64,000 nucleotides of DNA from an uncultured bacterium (GTDB lineage: Bacteria; Hydrothermota; UBA3073; NMUJ01; CBEVQO01). The stretch is taken from assembly GCA_965552055.1 (NCBI GenBank), contig CBEVQO010000002.1:1-64000 (forward strand), written 5' to 3'. The position numbers were made by a program, and so were the translations under genes. Positions 60,414 to 64,000 of this stretch are shown here, piece by piece (position 1 is the first letter of the stretch; each line of letters starts with the position of its first letter). The notes beneath the pieces are model-generated. The model was not told where the DNA came from and ran no database searches. It was given only the letters and a program-made list of their open reading frames with translations.

Positions 60414-60490
60414 ATTTTATTATTCCACTCTCTATTCGCTTTCCTTTATCTCGAGTTTCCCTTGTTTTGTTATAACACATTGTTCGCATA

Positions 60491-61819
60491 TTAGCCAAGC
60501 ATTAAATGTGCTATTCCGAGAAAAATACCCGTTCCTATTATATCTGCCAAAGTTGTTATAAGAGGGGTACTCGCTGCTGCGGGGTCTTTCTTAAGTTTTA
60601 CAAAAATAAAAGGCAGCAAAACTCCAATGATGGATCCAACTATAACATTTATTATCATTGCCAAAACTACAACCTGAGCAATCAAAATGCTTCTTCCTCG
60701 TATAATCCCCATAACGGAGATTCCAATTCCCATTGCAACTCCTAACGCCCCGGCAACAAGTAACTCTCTGCCTAAAAGATAAGCCCAATCACTTATCTTT
60801 ACTGTTCCGAGTGCCAGAGCCCTTATCACAAGAGTAGCGGATTGAGAGCCTGCGTTTCCTGCTGTGTCTATCAAAACAGGGAGAAATGTCACAAGCACCA
60901 CATATTTCGCGATTGTGTCTTCAAAACCTTGAATGATACCCCCTGTAATAAGGTCCATTATTAAGAGTGCCAAAAGCCATATAATCCTTGCCCGGAATAT
61001 TTTCCTTAACGGAACTTCCTTTAATCTGGTAATAAAATCCAGCCCAATATGTTTTGTTTCAATTGCTGAAAATTTAGTAAAATCCTCGGTTTGTTCTTCG
61101 CGCAGTGCATCGATTATGTCATCAACAGTTACTATTCCTAATAAATGTCCTTCCGAATCTGTAACGGGAATAGCAACAAGGTCATATTTCTCAAAGAGTT
61201 TTATAGCTTCTTCTTGATCTGAATCTGCAGTTATAGAAACAAATTGACGATTAGCCAAAATTAATCTTCGTATAGGCATATCATCTAAAAGCCGCCATTC
61301 ATCATCAACTCCATATACTATATCAATTGTTTCCGCATCTTTCCCAAATTTACGAATATGCTCTATTGCCTTTTTAACTGTCCAATCAGCTTTAAGGGCG
61401 ATATAATCCGGAGTCATTAATCTACCAACACTACCTTCTGGATACCCAAGAAGCTGGAGCGCCATCTTCCTTTCTTCTGAAGAAAGTAGATTTATAAGCC
61501 TTCTTGTAAGTTCAGGAGGCATTTCTTCAAATAATTCAGTTCTGTCATCAGGTTCCATTTCTGTAATAATTGACTTAACATGATTATCTGTAAGACTTTT
61601 GAGAATCCCTTCCTGTATATCACTATCAAGATAGGAAAAAACTTCCGTTTGTAGTTTTTGAGGAAGAAGTCTTAAAATAATTGCACAATCTTTGACATCA
61701 ATTTCTCTAAACAAATCCGCTATATCAGCGGCGTGCCATGTCGATATAACATCCTTTAACACTCTCCAGCGTTTGTTTTTAATTAGTTCTTCGACTTCCG
61801 GCTGAAGTAAATGTACCAT
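60491..61819 (-). CDS. mgtE: Magnesium transporter MgtE
   Basis: PDDRT, GRLMTP, CBS pair with GIVTVDD, AGNAGSQ, DPA..S.PLITT..D. Confidence 0.95.
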   Translation of the reverse strand: MVHLLQPEVEELIKNKRWRVLKDVISTWHAADIADLFREIDVKDCAIILRLLPQKLQTEVFSYLDSDIQEGILKSLTDNHVKSIITEMEPDDRTELFEEMPPELTRRLINLLSSEERKMALQLLGYPEGSVGRLMTPDYIALKADWTVKKAIEHIRKFGKDAETIDIVYGVDDEWRLLDDMPIRRLILANRQFVSITADSDQEEAIKLFEKYDLVAIPVTDSEGHLLGIVTVDDIIDALREEQTEDFTKFSAIETKHIGLDFITRLKEVPLRKIFRARIIWLLALLIMDLITGGIIQGFEDTIAKYVVLVTFLPVLIDTAGNAGSQSATLVIRALALGTVKISDWAYLLGRELLVAGALGVAMGIGISVMGIIRGRSILIAQVVVLAMIINVIVGSIIGVLLPFIFVKLKKDPAAASTPLITTLADIIGTGIFLGIAHLMLG

Positions 61820-61972
61820 CGAGTTTAAGATTTTTTATCTCTTTTCACAACTTCACCCCCTTATGAACAACCTCATTCAAACTTCCATTATTTTTGTTTT
61901 TACTCATTTTTGCTTCTTTAAAAACATTGAGCGTATTTTTTAGCATTATAACAAACAACATAACCACTTTTT

Positions 61973-62061
61973 ATTTTAAACGCAATATAAGTTTGTCAAG
62001 TATTTAAATCCGTCTTGAGCGTCAAATCGTTTATTGACATTTTGGTTATGTGGATAAATTA
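61973..62061. promoter_or_regulatory. Divergent promoter-like pair with 15-bp spacers
   Basis: Minus TTGACA-N15-TAAAAT (61999-61973) toward mgtE; plus TTGACA-N15-TAAATT (~62034-62060) toward the repeat cluster. Confidence 0.6.
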
Positions 62062-62149
62062 AAATGTGCTTTACATAACTTAATAGATGGCTCCACACTT
62101 ATTGAAGTTCCAGAATTTCGAGTTACACTCGGTGGAAATGTATTTGAGG

Positions 62150-62340
62150 TTGGGTTGTAGGTCGACACCGCGAGAGGTTAGAGCGGGACTGCACTTTAGG
62201 GGCATGTTTGCGGTTAGTTTGCTGATGGGAGTTATAAAAGCGGAATAGGTCGGGAGAAGCTACAATTTTAGAAGTTGCGAGGATATTTGGGAGGTTGAAA
62301 GGTTGTGTCGAGGAAGCGTTAAGAGTTGCGAACTTGCTTT
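62150..62340 (+). repeat. Degenerate partial copy of element B
   Basis: GTCGACACCGCGAGAGGTTAGAGCGGGACTGC...GCTGATG...AAAGCGGAAT aligns with 62411-62493 and with the reverse of 13558-13641. Confidence 0.7.
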
Positions 62341-62370
62341 TAAATTTTTTAACTCTTATATTAAAATTTT

Positions 62371-62789
62371 TAATGCGAGCGTAAGCGAGCATATTACATA
62401 TGGGTTTTTTGTCACACCCCGAGCGGTTAGAGCGGAACCACATTTTGAAAGGTGTTTTGGGCTTTTTGGCTGATGAGGTTTTGAAAGCGAAATGCAGTAA
62501 GGTGGTGATTGCGTTTTAGGTGGGAATTGGGGAATTTTAAGGGCGATGGGTAAGGAAGTGGATGAAGGTTTTGTGGTGCGATACCACACTTATTATGGGC
62601 AAAGCGTTTTAGAAAGCCACATCGGTGTCAAGGCTGTGCCGAGCGGGATACACTGCGTTTTGATAGGCGATATAGGACGGTTGACTTGACTTATTACGGA
62701 TAAAGCGTTTCAAGTAGCCACAGCGTGTCGGGACTGTGTCCCGCGAGGGGTGTGCACATGGGAAGGCGGGGACTGGGAGGCGGGGCTAA
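62371..62789 (+). repeat. Dispersed structured element, subfamily B, copy 2 (with internal duplication)
   Basis: TAATGCGAGCGTAAGCGAGCATATTACATATGGG...GGGAAGGCGGGGACTGGGAGGCGGGGCTAA; homologous to 13360-13679. Confidence 0.85.
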
Positions 62790-62805
62790 TAATTATAAAT
62801 AAAAA

Positions 62806-64000
62806 TTACAAAATTGATTTGCCTTCTGCTTCTTTATTTTCTATACCAAACAATTTCAAAATCGTTGGCGCTATATCCAGAATGTTTACTTCATCCAGCT
62901 TTTGATGCTTTATGTCTTTCCCCGATAGCACAAATATTCCATAAAGTGAATGCATTGCGTCGTCCGGACCTGTATCGTTCTCATAAGTGTAAATTGTGTT
63001 GTAACCTACGGATGCTATGCTTCGCCATCTGAAATCTCCAAAAAATGCCATCAAATCTGGAGCATCTCCCCTCACAACAGGATAAATCTCTTCTGGACGA
63101 ACAACAAGCGTATTTAAGGGATTGCCTTCTTCATCTTTTAACTCGCTTAACTTCTGCTTTATTTCATCTCTCACCTTTTCATAATCCTTTTTGTCTATTT
63201 TGCCTTCGGGTTCTCTTCCTTTTACATTTAAGAAAATCCTTGCATAATAACCGCCCCAGCCCCAGGCAATTGTGTCTCCCCAGTCAACTTCCACATCCTG
63301 AAAGCGCGTCTGACCAGATGGATAACTTTTTAACTTTAAATAACCTTCTTTTATAAACCATTCATTTATCGCAATACAGCCATCCATCCTTTGTGCACCA
63401 TGGTCCGATACAACAAAAATATAAGTGTCTTCGGGAATAATCTCAAGAACCTCTCCTATTTTTTCATCAAGGTATTTTGCATAGTTTAAAAGTTCATTTT
63501 TATATTTGTGATCTGGAGTGTATCTTCTGTGTTGTGGGTCCTGATACTTCCAGAAAGCATGGTTCATCCTGTCGAGCGCTATCTCCATAATCATAGCAAA
63601 ATCCCATTCTTCTGTTTGTAAAAGATGTTTGAAAACTTTAAAATGAATATCCGTTATCTCATAACTTTCTCTTTTTACCCTCTCTTTATCTTCTGTTCTA
63701 AAATTTCTCACATCGAATTTATATTCGCCTACTAATTTTTTAATTTTTTCGGAATATTCTGGTGGATATGTGAATTTTACCTTATCGGATGGCGTTAAAA
63801 AACCTGATATTAGCACACCTTTTAAGGGCTTTGGAGGATAAGTTTGTGGCACACCCAGCACTATCGAGCGCTTGCCATGCTGTGATAAAATCTCCCATAC
63901 TGTTTTTGATGTTATATAATAGGAATTTGCAATCATAATTTCGTTGTAAGTTCCGCTTTTTCTTATTCTGAAGCCATAAGCTCCCAATCTACCTGGTGAA
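62806..64000 (-). CDS. Alkaline phosphatase superfamily nucleotide pyrophosphatase/phosphodiesterase (partial, 5' end beyond window)
   Basis: VPQTYPP, SGFLTP, DR..H.FW, VSDHG, GPDDAMH..GIF, DIAPTIL; frame open to the window edge. Confidence 0.9.
   Translation of the reverse strand, partial: SPGRLGAYGFRIRKSGTYNEIMIANSYYITSKTVWEILSQHGKRSIVLGVPQTYPPKPLKGVLISGFLTPSDKVKFTYPPEYSEKIKKLVGEYKFDVRNFRTEDKERVKRESYEITDIHFKVFKHLLQTEEWDFAMIMEIALDRMNHAFWKYQDPQHRRYTPDHKYKNELLNYAKYLDEKIGEVLEIIPEDTYIFVVSDHGAQRMDGCIAINEWFIKEGYLKLKSYPSGQTRFQDVEVDWGDTIAWGWGGYYARIFLNVKGREPEGKIDKKDYEKVRDEIKQKLSELKDEEGNPLNTLVVRPEEIYPVVRGDAPDLMAFFGDFRWRSIASVGYNTIYTYENDTGPDDAMHSLYGIFVLSGKDIKHQKLDEVNILDIAPTILKLFGIENKEAEGKSIL

Overview
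AT-rich bacterial chromosome segment, about one-third GC by eye, with K/E-rich proteins. T9SS-like cargo tails and PorV-like genes suggest an FCB-related lineage such as candidate division WOR-3 (inference only). Housekeeping blocks (ftcd, prmC, ribE, asnB, accA, fadD-like, tRNA-His/hisS, pnp, M16 peptidase, cdd, ABC exporter, mgtE; tRNA-Gln and tRNA-Arg) alternate with accessory loci. The main candidate for a new system is five translationally coupled gene pairs at three loci, each a secreted beta-propeller-like protein followed by a secreted M23 peptidase-domain protein. They are built from variable segments between nucleotide-identical anchors and arranged as tandem cassettes that each carry a copy of the promoter/RBS. 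At 40-57 kb only the last cassette is fused to a full scaffold, a ~4045-codon frame broken by one TAA and followed by a PorV-like gene. A family of dispersed structured non-coding elements (GNA-loop hairpin end, covarying stem) sits beside several of these promoters, and one end flanks a protease cassette as a direct repeat. Other observations are sigma70-like promoters with a consistent 15-bp spacer, many apparently leaderless genes, poly-T promoter spacers, an orphan Cas6-like gene, and an uncalled 36-aa K/R-rich ORF. All family calls come from manual motif reading, not database searches.
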